Positions 28,899 to 39,049 of a DNA stretch of 64,000 nucleotides are shown one piece after another; within the stretch, counting starts at the first letter, position 1; each line of letters opens with the position of its first letter. The notes under the pieces were generated by a model. It searched no databases and was not told where the DNA came from. It saw only the letters and a list, made by a program, of their open reading frames with translations. The position numbers and the translations under genes were made by a program. This DNA comes from a virus (taxonomy: Duplodnaviria > Heunggongvirae > Uroviricota > Caudoviricetes): the IMG/VR virus record IMGVR_UViG_3300032093_000003; one strand, given 5' to 3'.

Positions 28899-29240
28899 AT
28901 GAAAGAACAAAATGAATGTAATGGAAAAATGTTTCCGAAAGGTTTTTGGTCAAAGAATGGTAAGCCCACACAAAACGCCTTAATGATGTATTTTGTGTAT
29001 TTGACACATTTACCTGAAAGTTGGAAAAAGAAAGTAGTACACAAACCCTCACTCGAAAAAACACGACAATACTTTGATGTTGATTATGGTATTGAATGTA
29101 TGTTAACTTGGGGGATACAATTTGGTTGTAAAAATTCTAAAACGTCAGATGAAAGACACCACGCAATGTCTTTGGCTTATCACGACGCTTTGGGTATGAT
29201 TGGTCAAGGTTACCGATACACCGAATTGAAAATTAAGTAG
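28899..29240 (+). CDS. hypothetical early protein
   Basis: ATG at 28899 after a promoter; terminator follows. Confidence 0.7.
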   Translation: MKEQNECNGKMFPKGFWSKNGKPTQNALMMYFVYLTHLPESWKKKVVHKPSLEKTRQYFDVDYGIECMLTWGIQFGCKNSKTSDERHHAMSLAYHDALGMIGQGYRYTELKIK

Positions 29241-29340
29241 TGTTTGGTTTTAATTGTGAACGAAAAGTCCTCAACGAAAGTTGGGGATTTTTTTTGTCAA
29301 GTCACAGACCTCCGTGTTCACCAGATTCGCTGGTGGACAT

Positions 29341-29384
29341 TTTTTGTGGCTGATCCTATTAGAGAAACCGACAAGCCATAGAAA
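29341..29384. repeat. spacer element (gap 24)
   Basis: TTTTTGTGGC / GCCATAGAAA. Confidence 0.8.
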
Positions 29385-29493
29385 TTTCAGGATGGAAGGT
29401 GATCCGAATTCACCTTCACAAAATTTTAACAAAAAAAATTTGGAATAAGTATGTATATGTTGTATATTTGTATAAATAATTAAAAAAAACATT

Positions 29494-29631
29494 ATGAAAA
29501 AGATTTATTCAGTTATCGTAGTTATCGTTCTTGTATCATTAACAATGTCCTCTTGTAAAACAAGTGGGTATGGTTGTAAGGGGAAAGAAAGTTGGGGTGG
29601 ATTGATGAAAAGAATTAACAAACCTTATTAG
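29494..29631 (+). CDS. 45-aa lipoprotein
   Basis: MKKIYSVIVVIVLVSLTMSSC lipobox; own promoter and terminator. Confidence 0.65.
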   Translation: MKKIYSVIVVIVLVSLTMSSCKTSGYGCKGKESWGGLMKRINKPY

Positions 29632-29747
29632 TAGTATGGTTGGTTTTAACCCGATGTTTTTACATCGGGTTTTTTATTTTTTTTAACATTTTAGATTTGA
29701 AATATAATATTTATTGTTGTATATTTGTTTAACTAAACCCACTCACT

Positions 29748-29951
29748 ATGAATTTACAATTAAGAACTGAACTAATCGGAAAAAGAATTATGATGATTTT
29801 TATGGATGACCCTCAACCTATTGAACCAAACACAATGGGTACAATTATCGGAGTTGATGGGTTAAATCAATATCAAGTCAAATGGGATAACGGAAGAAGT
29901 TTATCGGTTATACCCGAAGAAGACCAATTCGTCATTATTGACACAGAGTAG
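29748..29951 (+). CDS. small SH3-like (DUF4314-like) protein
   Basis: GTIIGVDG...VKWDNGRSLSVIPEED. Confidence 0.65.
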   Translation: MNLQLRTELIGKRIMMIFMDDPQPIEPNTMGTIIGVDGLNQYQVKWDNGRSLSVIPEEDQFVIIDTE

Positions 29952-30048
29952 TCCGTTCGTTCCCTCATAAAGACAAACCTCAACAGAAATGTTGGGGTTT
30001 TTTGTTTCTCCACAGAACTCCGTGTTCACCATGCTCCCGGTATGTCAT

Positions 30049-30092
30049 TTTCTGTGGCTGATCGTATTACAGGAAGTTAGACGCCAAAGAAA
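30049..30092. repeat. spacer element (gap 24)
   Basis: TTTCTGTGGC / GCCAAAGAAA. Confidence 0.8.
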
Positions 30093-30485
30093 TTTCCAAC
30101 GACCCGGATCAGGAAATCGCCTGTCGGTTATCTTCACAAAGTTTTAACAAAATAAATTTGGAATATAAAGTATAATGATGTATATTTGTTAAACAATTAA
30201 AAACTACTACAATGAAACAAGACAATTCTGACCAATGGATTCAAGGATTAACATTAATAATCTGTTTTATTACACTTGTTATTGTAATCTCCTTAAAGTA
30301 TTATCTAACGGGTGAAATCTAAAATAAATTTGGAATATAATAAATAATACCTTATATTTGTGTTATGAAACAGAAATACGAAAATAGATTTTACAAAATT
30401 TTACTTTTATTTTGGATGATGGTATTCACCTTTGTTTACTTTCAAATAAAATATCAATTAGTTTTCCATTTCTAAAAAACGAAAT

Positions 30486-30638
30486 ATGAAAAATAATTAT
30501 TTAAGTACAATTAAAAGAAAGGAACAAGTACAACAAGGAATGTACGATGGTCGTTTCCGTAGTCGTGTGGTGGTAGATAAGAAGAAGAAAGAAAGTAAAA
30601 ACAAATGTCGTGTTAAACTTAAAATCAATTATGTATGA
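30486..30638 (+). CDS. 50-aa basic protein
   Basis: QGMYDGRFRSRVVVDKKKKE; ATGA overlap with the next ORF. Confidence 0.6.
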   Translation: MKNNYLSTIKRKEQVQQGMYDGRFRSRVVVDKKKKESKNKCRVKLKINYV

Positions 30639-30844
30639 TACTTGAATTACATTCAGTCGGAAGTGTTATTGACACAGAAACACTATTCACATATCCAATG
30701 TTACTAAATGGTGGATATGATAAAAATCAAAATGTCCATATTGACGATGTTGATATAGAGTGGTTTCATAGTTTGTCTGATGAAGATTTTGGAACAATAA
30801 ATGAGTTAATCAATCAAAGAAACATTAAATCGGAAATAGTATGA
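30635..30844 (+). CDS. hypothetical acidic protein
   Basis: 69-aa ORF. Confidence 0.65.
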   Translation: MILELHSVGSVIDTETLFTYPMLLNGGYDKNQNVHIDDVDIEWFHSLSDEDFGTINELINQRNIKSEIV

Positions 30845-31067
30845 ACAGAGATAGACTAAATAAAATTGAAGAAATTGGTTTTCGTATTACAATGATATTG
30901 GTGTTTAGTGTTTTCACTATTTGGTTGATTGGAACGATTGTCAAGTTAATAATGATATTGTCGTCATAGTTTAGGTTTGGTTTTAATTGTGAAGAAATCC
31001 CTCAACGAAAGTTGGGGGATTTTCTTTTGGAGGAACTTGAGTCGTGGTTCACCGTGTCTTCAGGGAT

Positions 31068-31113
31068 TTTTTGTGGCTGATCGTATTCAGGTCAACCTCA
31101 CAAGCCACGGAAA
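31068..31113. repeat. spacer element (gap 26)
   Basis: TTTTTGTGGC / GCCACGGAAA. Confidence 0.8.
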
Positions 31114-31238
31114 TTTGGTAATCCGAATCACCTGTTTTCCTTCAGGAAATCCTTTCACAAATTTTTAACAAATTATTTTTGGAATAAAAATTTATATGGT
31201 GTATATTTGTTATATCATTAACAATTAAAACAAACATT

Positions 31239-31406
31239 ATGAAAAAGTTACTTGGTCTTATCGTTATCGTGGTTTTATTTTCTTCTTGTAGTCATTATGT
31301 AAACGGAGGTGGTGGAGGTTGTGGGGTATGGTATCCTCGTAAATTTGAAAAAACAAAGGTGTTCCCTACTCGAAATCATCCAATGTATCGACACTTCGGA
31401 GGATAG
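31239..31406 (+). CDS. 55-aa lipoprotein, paralog of 32766..32960
   Basis: MKKLLGLIVIVVLFSSC lipobox; GCGVWYPRKFE. Confidence 0.7.
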   Translation: MKKLLGLIVIVVLFSSCSHYVNGGGGGCGVWYPRKFEKTKVFPTRNHPMYRHFGG

Positions 31407-31504
31407 TGTTCTAAATAAACCTATCAATAAAAATCCCTGACAATAGTCGGGGATTTTTTTTTCAAACACAAGAAGATGTGATCCGGATCAGCTCGACCGT
31501 GGAT

Positions 31505-31540
31505 TTTCTCTGGCTCAGGTCAACCTACAAGCCAAAGAAA
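31505..31540. repeat. spacer element (gap 16)
   Basis: TTTCTCTGGC / GCCAAAGAAA. Confidence 0.8.
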
Positions 31541-31676
31541 ATTAATAATCCAGATCCCGTCCCTGAAATTTTAACAAAACTTTAACACAAAATCCTTTAA
31601 CAACATTTTAACAATAAAAATTTGGAAATAGGTAGTAATAAGTTGTATATTTGTATAAACAATTAAAACAAATTTT

Positions 31677-32204
31677 ATGAAACAGAAACAAAGAGTATTT
31701 GTAACAGAAAGAGAGTTGTTAATTATCTTAATGAGTATTGACAAACCTACATTCACTCACATTGTATCTAAAACCAAAGTGAGAATGAATAAAGGTGGTA
31801 ATCCGTATTTTGATAAAGTTACCAAACACTCAAAAGGTAACTACTTCATCGGTGGTAGTTATGAGGATATGGTAAACACTCGTTGTGTGAAAGAGGGTAT
31901 TGAACCTAATTTTGAAAGTCAAGAATGTTCAGTCGGAGAACATATTACCAAGTGTGTTCAGTATAATGAGAACTTACAGAGGTACTATCTTCAATACTTC
32001 ATCTTCCCTACAAGTAACATCAAGAGTGAATTTACCTATGAGGGAGATAGTATTGAGAGAGAGTTGTTCCGTAGTTATGAGGTAAAGAGGTCGGAGAGTT
32101 CAAGACAACCACAAGAGAACAAACACAAACCACAATCGTTTATGGTATCTTCCATTGAGGAAATGACACTAAACGGAACGGAATATGTGGTGGTAGGTAG
32201 ATAA
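31677..32204 (+). CDS. hypothetical protein, paralog of 25143..25664; no alanine
   Basis: Shared motifs; four TTAACA boxes upstream (31571, 31582, 31597, 31608). Confidence 0.8.
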   Translation: MKQKQRVFVTERELLIILMSIDKPTFTHIVSKTKVRMNKGGNPYFDKVTKHSKGNYFIGGSYEDMVNTRCVKEGIEPNFESQECSVGEHITKCVQYNENLQRYYLQYFIFPTSNIKSEFTYEGDSIERELFRSYEVKRSESSRQPQENKHKPQSFMVSSIEEMTLNGTEYVVVGR

Positions 32205-32299
32205 GGTATTACACAACCGAAATATAAGGTAGTCATTTGACTACCTTTTTTTATGTCCATACCTATCCACGAGTCGTAGACAGAAGACGCGTCCGAAAA

Positions 32300-32342
32300 T
32301 TTCTCTGGCGGATCGGTATTCGTATTACAGGAGCCACGGAAA
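32300..32342. repeat. spacer element (gap 23)
   Basis: TTTCTCTGGC / GCCACGGAAA. Confidence 0.8.
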
Positions 32343-32465
32343 TTTCAACATCTCAGTAGACATCTCCTCGTCATCGTTAAATTCATTATGAAAACATTAA
32401 CAGAGATTTTTTGGAGATATAAGGTATTACATAGTATATTTGATAAACAATTAAAAACATATACT

Positions 32466-32687
32466 ATGAACAAAGAAACAATCAAAGTGGTGGTGTGTTA
32501 TTGTAACTCACTTCCCAAAGGTTTTATGACACTTCGGAATTTCTTAAACTTTACAAATCGTTCGTGGTGGGATAGTACCAAAACTATTGAGATACCAAAA
32601 GAGTATTGGGAGAATGTCCACATTGGGAACATAGATAGGTATGTTGAAATGTATGAGAATAACCCTAAGTGGTGGAATGTTGTATAA
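32466..32687 (+). CDS. hypothetical early protein
   Basis: ATG at 32466 after a promoter. Confidence 0.65.
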   Translation: MNKETIKVVVCYCNSLPKGFMTLRNFLNFTNRSWWDSTKTIEIPKEYWENVHIGNIDRYVEMYENNPKWWNVV

Positions 32688-32765
32688 ATTTTAACAAATT
32701 AAATTTGGAATATAAATTTATTTGTTGTATATTTGTTCTATCATTAACAATTAAAACAATACATT

Positions 32766-32960
32766 ATGAAAAAGTTACTCGGTCTTATCGTTGTGGTTAT
32801 CATCTTTTCAAGTTGTGGAACAACTTATTACGGAACAAGTGGTGGGAATGGTTGTGGTGTGTGGTTTCCCAAAAAATTTGAAAGGGATAGAAGTCATCAA
32901 AGAAGAATGAATTGGATAAACAATCCAAATTCGGGTAGGTATCGTAGTGGTGTTCATTAA
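32766..32960 (+). CDS. 64-aa lipoprotein
   Basis: MKKLLGLIVVVIIFSSC lipobox; GCGVWFPKKFE. Confidence 0.7.
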   Translation: MKKLLGLIVVVIIFSSCGTTYYGTSGGNGCGVWFPKKFERDRSHQRRMNWINNPNSGRYRSGVH

Positions 32961-33000
32961 AAAAAAATTCTTATCTTCGTTAAACCTTAAATCAATTTTT

Positions 33001-33183
33001 ATGAAACAATTACTTTTTATCTTGTTCGGTATTAAACCTCAACAAAAATTCAGAGAGTTGAAATTTGAAAAGAAACAATATCCTTTAAGGGAGTTCAATC
33101 AAACTGACTTTGAAAAGTGGTGTAACGAATTTAGAGTTGGTTGTATGGATGGAAAAAGGATAGTTCATTTTGAAATTGGGTAA
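33001..33183 (+). CDS. hypothetical protein
   Basis: ATG at 33001; terminator follows. Confidence 0.6.
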   Translation: MKQLLFILFGIKPQQKFRELKFEKKQYPLREFNQTDFEKWCNEFRVGCMDGKRIVHFEIG

Positions 33184-33279
33184 TCACTTACCTTTGATAA
33201 CAAAGTCCTCAACGAAAGTTGGGGATTTTTTTTGTCCAAAACCCAAGAAGATGTGATCCGGATCAGCTCCATCCGGGAT

Positions 33280-33322
33280 TTTACGTGGCAGATCGGTATT
33301 CGTATTACAGAAGCCACAAAAA
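33280..33322. repeat. spacer element (gap 23)
   Basis: TTTACGTGGC / GCCACAAAAA. Confidence 0.8.
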
Positions 33323-33446
33323 TTCCACTTCAGGACGACAGGTATGATTCTGATTTTTATTTTAACACTTTTTAACAAAAATAAATTTGGAGTGGAATTG
33401 TATATGTTGTATATTCGTGTATTGTTAAACAATTAAAACTAAACGT

Positions 33447-33671
33447 ATGACAAACTTACAAAGAATTGGTAATTGGTATTCAGTTACAATTAATGATACT
33501 AACTACAATGTCCTTATTCAAAAAGATGATAATAAGGTTACTTGTGAACCTTCCTCAATTATTGTATTTGACGAAGATTTCAAAGAGGTTGACAAACCAA
33601 GTGTGTATGATGATATGATAAGTATATTTGAAAAAGTTGACTTCAAATACGATATGATTGATGATGATTAA
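33447..33671 (+). CDS. hypothetical acidic protein
   Basis: 74-aa ORF after a promoter. Confidence 0.65.
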   Translation: MTNLQRIGNWYSVTINDTNYNVLIQKDDNKVTCEPSSIIVFDEDFKEVDKPSVYDDMISIFEKVDFKYDMIDDD

Positions 33672-33754
33672 CTAATCTTTAACAAAATAAATTTGGAATG
33701 AAAGTTTATATCGTGTATATTTGTGTATTGTTAAACAATTAAAATTAAAAACAA

Positions 33755-34096
33755 ATGAACTTTGTAATCACACACTACGGAAAAAATGTTGATGAACTCA
33801 ACGAAAAAGAAAAAGCATTATTAATGGTTGATACCCTTATGACTACTCTTTTTATGAAAAAGAAAGAAGATGGTCTTGAACCGATTGAGGATATTATGTG
33901 TAACTCTTTGAGTAACAAAAGAAACGGAATTGTCCTTGACATTATGGGTTGGGAACAAGGGGAAACTCGTGAGGAAAAATTGGAACTCCTTGAAAGAATG
34001 GAACAGACAAAGTATAGTTATACTAAATTCTTAAAGGATATGAGAATTAATGTTAAGAAACACGATGAAATGGAAAGAGTATCATCATTGAATTAA
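33755..34096 (+). CDS. hypothetical protein
   Basis: 113-aa ORF with promoter and terminator. Confidence 0.7.
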   Translation: MNFVITHYGKNVDELNEKEKALLMVDTLMTTLFMKKKEDGLEPIEDIMCNSLSNKRNGIVLDIMGWEQGETREEKLELLERMEQTKYSYTKFLKDMRINVKKHDEMERVSSLN

Positions 34097-34190
34097 TTTT
34101 GGATTATCGTTTCATATTTACCCCCGATGTTTTTACATTGGGGGTTTTTGTTTCCCCGAACTCACCTTCACAGACAGCTCCATCGGGGAA

Positions 34191-34226
34191 TTTATCTGGC
34201 GGATCGGTTTATGGACGCCACGGAAA
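34191..34226. repeat. spacer element (gap 16)
   Basis: TTTATCTGGC / GCCACGGAAA. Confidence 0.8.
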
Positions 34227-34405
34227 TTTCTGGATGGAAGGATGCTCCTTCAGAAAATAAAATTTGTTAATAGTTTTTAACAAAATAAATTTGGAATAGG
34301 GGTGTATAAGTTGTATATTTGTGTTATGAAGAAACTAAAACCTTACATATTTCCGATTATATTGGTTATGTATGTTTTAATTAAAACATTCTTCAAACAT
34401 TAATT

Positions 34406-34951
34406 ATGAAAACTTTAATTATTCACCCGAAAGACAGAACGACTGATTTTTTAAGTGTATTTTACCAAAACATACCCGATAAGGTTGTTATTAGTGGTGG
34501 GTACTCAAAAGATGAAGTTAGGGAAATGATAAAGGACTTTGATAGGGTTATTATGTGTGGACACGGAACTCCCAATGGGTTGATGTCCGTAGGTCAATTC
34601 AAAAGTAGTTGGGGGTTTATCATTGACGAAACCTTTGTTGATGTGTTGAGTGAGAAAACTGAAAATATCTTTATATGGTGTAACGCGGACAAGTTTGTTC
34701 GTAAACATAACCTCAAAGGGTTTTTCAGTGGTATGTTTATTTCCGAAGTCGGAGAAAGTGAGTATTGTGGTGTACCCTCTCCACAAGATATTGTAACGGA
34801 AAGTAATGATACATTCTCAAACATTCTCTCAAAGTATATCAATGACAATGTTTCGGTAATTCACAAAAAAGTTACAAAGGAATATGGTAAATTTTCCGAA
34901 ACTAACCCGATAGGGTATTACAATAATAATAGGTTGTACCTTACACAATAG
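34406..34951 (+). CDS. hypothetical protein, alpha/beta fold
   Basis: RVIMCGHGTPNGL and IFIWCNAD motifs. Confidence 0.75.
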   Translation: MKTLIIHPKDRTTDFLSVFYQNIPDKVVISGGYSKDEVREMIKDFDRVIMCGHGTPNGLMSVGQFKSSWGFIIDETFVDVLSEKTENIFIWCNADKFVRKHNLKGFFSGMFISEVGESEYCGVPSPQDIVTESNDTFSNILSKYINDNVSVIHKKVTKEYGKFSETNPIGYYNNNRLYLTQ

Positions 34952-35054
34952 TTTTTTGTCATAAATAAAATAACCCCCGATGTTTCTACATTGGGGGTTT
35001 TTGTTTTTGGGGTATTACAACAAGATGTGTTGGGACGGTGAGCAGATCAGGGAA

Positions 35055-35090
35055 TTTCTGTGGCTGATCGTATTACACTCGCCATAAAAA
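35055..35090. repeat. spacer element (gap 16)
   Basis: TTTCTGTGGC / GCCATAAAAA. Confidence 0.8.
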
Positions 35091-35126
35091 AAGTGGAAGA
35101 CCAGAGCACCAGTCTTCAGGAAAAAC

Positions 35127-35222
35127 TTGACTAATTAAAAAAAATGTATTACCTTTGTTTTGGTTTTTCACAGGATATTGGATTAATAACCCCCTTATGT
35201 TTCTACATTGAGGGGTTTTTTG
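35127..35222 (+). other. gene-less cassette: promoter followed directly by a terminator
   Basis: TTG at 35127 and TACCTTTG at 35150-35157; hairpin plus T-tract at about 35188-35222. Confidence 0.55.
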
Positions 35223-35311
35223 TTTTAACAAAGGTTTAACAATAAATATTTGGAAATATAAGATTTTATTTCGTATATTTGTTCTATCAATAACAATTAA
35301 AAATTATTTTT

Positions 35312-35530
35312 ATGAAAACAAAAATTAAGAACATTGTACTCGCAGTAGTTACTTACTTTATTGGTTTATTCATTGTATCGGTGTTTTTAAGTACATTTCA
35401 AACTCCCGATAATCTTAACCTACCGACTTTTGGTTATGTGTTATTTTACCTTTATTTCTTCGGGGGAATGTATTTGGTGTATCGTATTTTCTTAAAGAAA
35501 AAGAAAGAAATTAAACCCGAAACATTTTAA
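35312..35530 (+). CDS. small membrane protein
   Basis: Two hydrophobic segments. Confidence 0.7.
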   Translation: MKTKIKNIVLAVVTYFIGLFIVSVFLSTFQTPDNLNLPTFGYVLFYLYFFGGMYLVYRIFLKKKKEIKPETF

Positions 35531-35656
35531 TCAAAAAGTAACTTAACCCCCGATATTTCGGGGGTTTTTGTTTTAACAAAATTTTAAGAAAATAAATTTG
35601 GATTGTGTTTGTATAATTTGTATATTTGATTATCATTAACAATTAAATTTACAATT

Positions 35657-35944
35657 ATGAAAAAGTTATTTGTAATATCATTTGTTGTTTTTCTTTTCAG
35701 TTGTTCAGTTCAAAAAGAGTGTAATGTGAAATTTAACCTTTCAAATTTAGATATTGACTTAAAAGATAGTGTTAATATAAAAGTAGAAAGAATTGTTTAT
35801 ACATATCTCGGAAATTTTGTTAGGGGTACTAATAATGTTTGGTATCGTCATCGTGGAATAGTTGATTTTAAGGTTGGTGATAGTGTTGTAGTTTTTAATG
35901 AGTTCAAAACTTTACCTCCTTGTCCTCGTGAGTGGGGGTTTTAA
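35657..35944 (+). CDS. 95-aa lipoprotein
   Basis: MKKLFVISFVVFLFSC lipobox. Confidence 0.7.
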   Translation: MKKLFVISFVVFLFSCSVQKECNVKFNLSNLDIDLKDSVNIKVERIVYTYLGNFVRGTNNVWYRHRGIVDFKVGDSVVVFNEFKTLPPCPREWGF

Positions 35945-36025
35945 GAAAACATTAACAAAATAAATTTGGAATATAAAATTTATTGTTGTATATTTGTGTA
36001 ACATTAACAATTAAAACAAAACACA

Positions 36026-36628
36026 ATGGAAGCGATTAACACAATTACCAAAGGAAACTACAAATTAGAAATTTTTCAAGAGGATAGTCCCGAAAGTCCA
36101 AGAAGTTGGGATAATTTGGGAACAATGATTTGTTTTCACGGAAGATACAATTTAGGGGATAAACACGACTATAATCATAGAGATTATTCGGGTTGGGAAG
36201 AACAGAAAAAAGAAATTTCTAAACAAGAGAATGTGTGTGTTATCTTACCCTTGTATCTTTACGACCATAGTGGGATAACAATGAACACAACAGGTTTCAG
36301 TTGTGGTTGGGATAGTGGTCAGGTTGGTTGGATAGTAGTATCAAAGGAAAAAGTGAAAAGTGAATACGGAGTAAAAAGAATTACCAAAGATATTATTGAG
36401 AAAGTTACCAATGTGTTGAAAGGTGAAGTGGAAACATACGACCAATATCTTACGGGTGATGTTTACGGGTATAGAGTATCAAAGATTGAAGTGTGTGATA
36501 AGGGTTGTGAACACGATGAAGAAGTAGATAGTTGTTGGGGTTATTATGGAGAGGAAAGTGTGGAGGCGGAAGGTAAAAGGATATTGGAGTATTACATTAA
36601 GGAAGAAGAAAAGAGTGTTTGTTCATAG
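36026..36628 (+). CDS. conserved phage hypothetical protein
   Basis: SPRSWDNLGTM, LPLYLYDHSG and DSGQVGW motifs. Confidence 0.75.
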   Translation: MEAINTITKGNYKLEIFQEDSPESPRSWDNLGTMICFHGRYNLGDKHDYNHRDYSGWEEQKKEISKQENVCVILPLYLYDHSGITMNTTGFSCGWDSGQVGWIVVSKEKVKSEYGVKRITKDIIEKVTNVLKGEVETYDQYLTGDVYGYRVSKIEVCDKGCEHDEEVDSCWGYYGEESVEAEGKRILEYYIKEEEKSVCS

Positions 36629-36730
36629 TTTAGTTTTAGTTGTTAAAGGGAAAAGGGTATCAGAAATGATACCTTTTTTTATTGCCCGAATTTGCGCTTA
36701 AGCTCGAACCAGTGCGCAACAGCTCGTGAT

Positions 36731-36765
36731 TTTCCGTGGCAGATCCGTATTACATGCCACAAAAA
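36731..36765. repeat. spacer element (gap 15)
   Basis: TTTCCGTGGC / GCCACAAAAA. Confidence 0.8.
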
Positions 36766-37029
36766 AATTACCATCCTGAGTCAGCATTTTCCTTCAGAAA
36801 AACATTAACAAATTTTAACAAATTAAATTTGGAATAAAACTATATTAGTTGTATATTTGTATAAATTAAATTGTATGGAACAAACAATTAAAAAAGAAAA
36901 GAAAAAAAGTGAACCGAAGTATTTTACGGATGAAGATGCGAAAAATGTATTTGTTTTTCAAGAACCATATAAAACAAGTGTAAAAGGTAAACCTATTCAA
37001 AAATCAATATCATTAAAATTTCGTAAACG

Positions 37030-37266
37030 ATGAAAAAAAATCTTACTTATTTGTTATTTAGTTTTGTTATCTTTACTACTATCGGTTGTTCAGTTAGTAG
37101 GTGTGGATATAAGAATAAGGTATCAAAAAGACAATTAAAAGAAAGTATGAAGTATTCCGATTGGAGATATTATTATCCAACTAAATCAATTACTCAAACA
37201 TATCAAAATAATCATTACAATGTATATGATTACAATACTCAAAGAAAAACTGAAAAAGACAATTAA
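37030..37266 (+). CDS. small lipoprotein
   Basis: MKKNLTYLLFSFVIFTTIGC lipobox-like. Confidence 0.6.
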   Translation: MKKNLTYLLFSFVIFTTIGCSVSRCGYKNKVSKRQLKESMKYSDWRYYYPTKSITQTYQNNHYNVYDYNTQRKTEKDN

Positions 37267-37459
37267 TAATTGTTTTGTTAATGATACTGGATTGGTTGCG
37301 AAAGGTATTATCTATCAGTACGAGGGTAAACCTTTCGCGGGTTATGTCATTTATCAAACATACAAATTCTTTTGGATTACTCAATATAAGACCATTGACC
37401 ACATTGATAGTTTGGAAACATTAAAAGAAGAATATCCAAACATTAAAGTAATATATTAA
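37220..37459 (+). CDS. hypothetical protein
   Basis: 79-aa ORF. Confidence 0.55.
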   Translation: MYMITILKEKLKKTINNCFVNDTGLVAKGIIYQYEGKPFAGYVIYQTYKFFWITQYKTIDHIDSLETLKEEYPNIKVIY

Positions 37460-37567
37460 AGATTAAGACAAGCAATCAAGTGAAAATTCCCTGATGTTTC
37501 TACATCGGGGTTTTTTGTTTTATGACTGTAAATAGATTACAGTCTGGTCCAGTGCGATCAGGTTGAT

Positions 37568-37604
37568 TTTCTGTGGCAAATCCGTACTATTGTTGCCACA
37601 AAAT
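37568..37604. repeat. spacer element (gap 17)
   Basis: TTTCTGTGGC / GCCACAAAAT. Confidence 0.8.
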
Positions 37605-37735
37605 ATTTTCCTGATCCGGATCACCTCCTCCTTCAGTAAATTCATTAAGAAAACTTTAACATAAATTATTTGGAAATATAAACAAAATAGATTTATATTT
37701 GTGTACTATCTCACTAACTATTAAACTCAAAAAAA

Positions 37736-38428
37736 ATGAAAACAAAAACAATTAAAATCCAGACAAAAAGTAAAAGAAAATCAACTTATTCAAACCACGA
37801 TGGAATGTATAAGAATAGGGCTAGAATGAAGATAGTTAATACAATTAAGGAGAGTAACTTAAAAAATAGAAGAATACTATCTTTACCGGCTGATAATTGT
37901 ATTATTGAAAAACAACTTTTTACGAATGTATCTAAACTGATTAAATTTGTTTTATGTGAAAACAATGAACAAGTGTATAAAAAATTGTTAATGAATATCG
38001 TTACTAGTAAAACTAGAATCCCACATTCAATCCTTTCTGGTTCAATCGGTGATGAAATTTACAGAAGTCGGGAGAATGATTATACTGATTTAATACTTGA
38101 CTATTGTGGTCAAATCGGAACATACCATAAAGAAATTGAACACGCAATTAAAAATAATATTGTGTGTGTCGGTGGAACAATATCTATGACATTCAATAAA
38201 AGAATTTCGGGAGATACTAATATGAAATTCATTGAAGAAATGGAACGACTTAACCCGAATTTTGATAAGAAAGAGGGTGAGAACAGAACAGAACCAGCCG
38301 TTATGACTTTTCTCAATCGTGTGTGTGGTATGAATTATCAAATTGTTGAAAGGTATTCGTATAGGGATGATGGGGATGATAAAAAAAGATCACCAATGAT
38401 GTTGGTTATAGTTCGTAGAGTATCTTAA
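37736..38428 (+). CDS. hypothetical protein, possible SAM-methyltransferase-like fold
   Basis: ILSLPAD, FVLCENN and DLILDYCG pattern. Confidence 0.5.
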   Translation: MKTKTIKIQTKSKRKSTYSNHDGMYKNRARMKIVNTIKESNLKNRRILSLPADNCIIEKQLFTNVSKLIKFVLCENNEQVYKKLLMNIVTSKTRIPHSILSGSIGDEIYRSRENDYTDLILDYCGQIGTYHKEIEHAIKNNIVCVGGTISMTFNKRISGDTNMKFIEEMERLNPNFDKKEGENRTEPAVMTFLNRVCGMNYQIVERYSYRDDGDDKKRSPMMLVIVRRVS

Positions 38429-38520
38429 CATTATCGTATTACATTTAAGGGGTATCAGAAATGATACCCTTTTTTGTTGCTGTCATCATAGCTCGATCGC
38501 AGCGCGCAACAGCTCGTGAT

Positions 38521-38565
38521 TTTCTGTGGCAAAATCGTATGACACAAAGTGACTTGCCACATAAT
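38521..38565. repeat. spacer element (gap 25)
   Basis: TTTCTGTGGC / GCCACATAAT. Confidence 0.8.
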
Positions 38566-38683
38566 ATTTTACAGTATTTGGGCTGGGGTCGTGATCCGAT
38601 CCTTTAACAAAAGATTAACGTAAATTATTTGGAAATAAAACTATAATAGTTGTATATTTGTGAAACAATTAAAAACAAATATT

Positions 38684-38974
38684 ATGAACCTTTATTTAGA
38701 ATTTTCAATGGACTATTCAGGGGAGTGTGAAGATTATACACTATTCCTTAACGATGAAGATAAAACCTACGATTATGATTTTGAAGATATTACCAACTAC
38801 ATTAAGAAGTTGGAGGATAATGTTGAAGGGTTTTTCTTATCAGAACACAGAACATCGGGAACTATTACTATCATTGATGATGTAATGACTATTGAATTTA
38901 GAACATTCAACGAACCCGATTGGGATGAATTTGATGACCACACAATTACCACAACCCCTATTGATTTTAATTAA
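38684..38974 (+). CDS. highly acidic small protein
   Basis: D/E-rich; ATG at 38684. Confidence 0.7.
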   Translation: MNLYLEFSMDYSGECEDYTLFLNDEDKTYDYDFEDITNYIKKLEDNVEGFFLSEHRTSGTITIIDDVMTIEFRTFNEPDWDEFDDHTITTTPIDFN

Positions 38975-39049
38975 TAGGGGATAAAAATAAATTTGGTTTT
39001 TAATTAAAATAGTTTTATCTTTGTTCTTTAATCATTAAAATTTATAATT

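Noticed and set aside
26560-29336. E. coli Chi octamer GCTGGTGG at 26560, 27956 and 29329
   Set aside because: It is part of one copied hairpin subfamily (CACCAGATTCGCTGGTG), is absent from other spacers, and Chi sequences are taxon-specific while the host looks like Bacteroidota.
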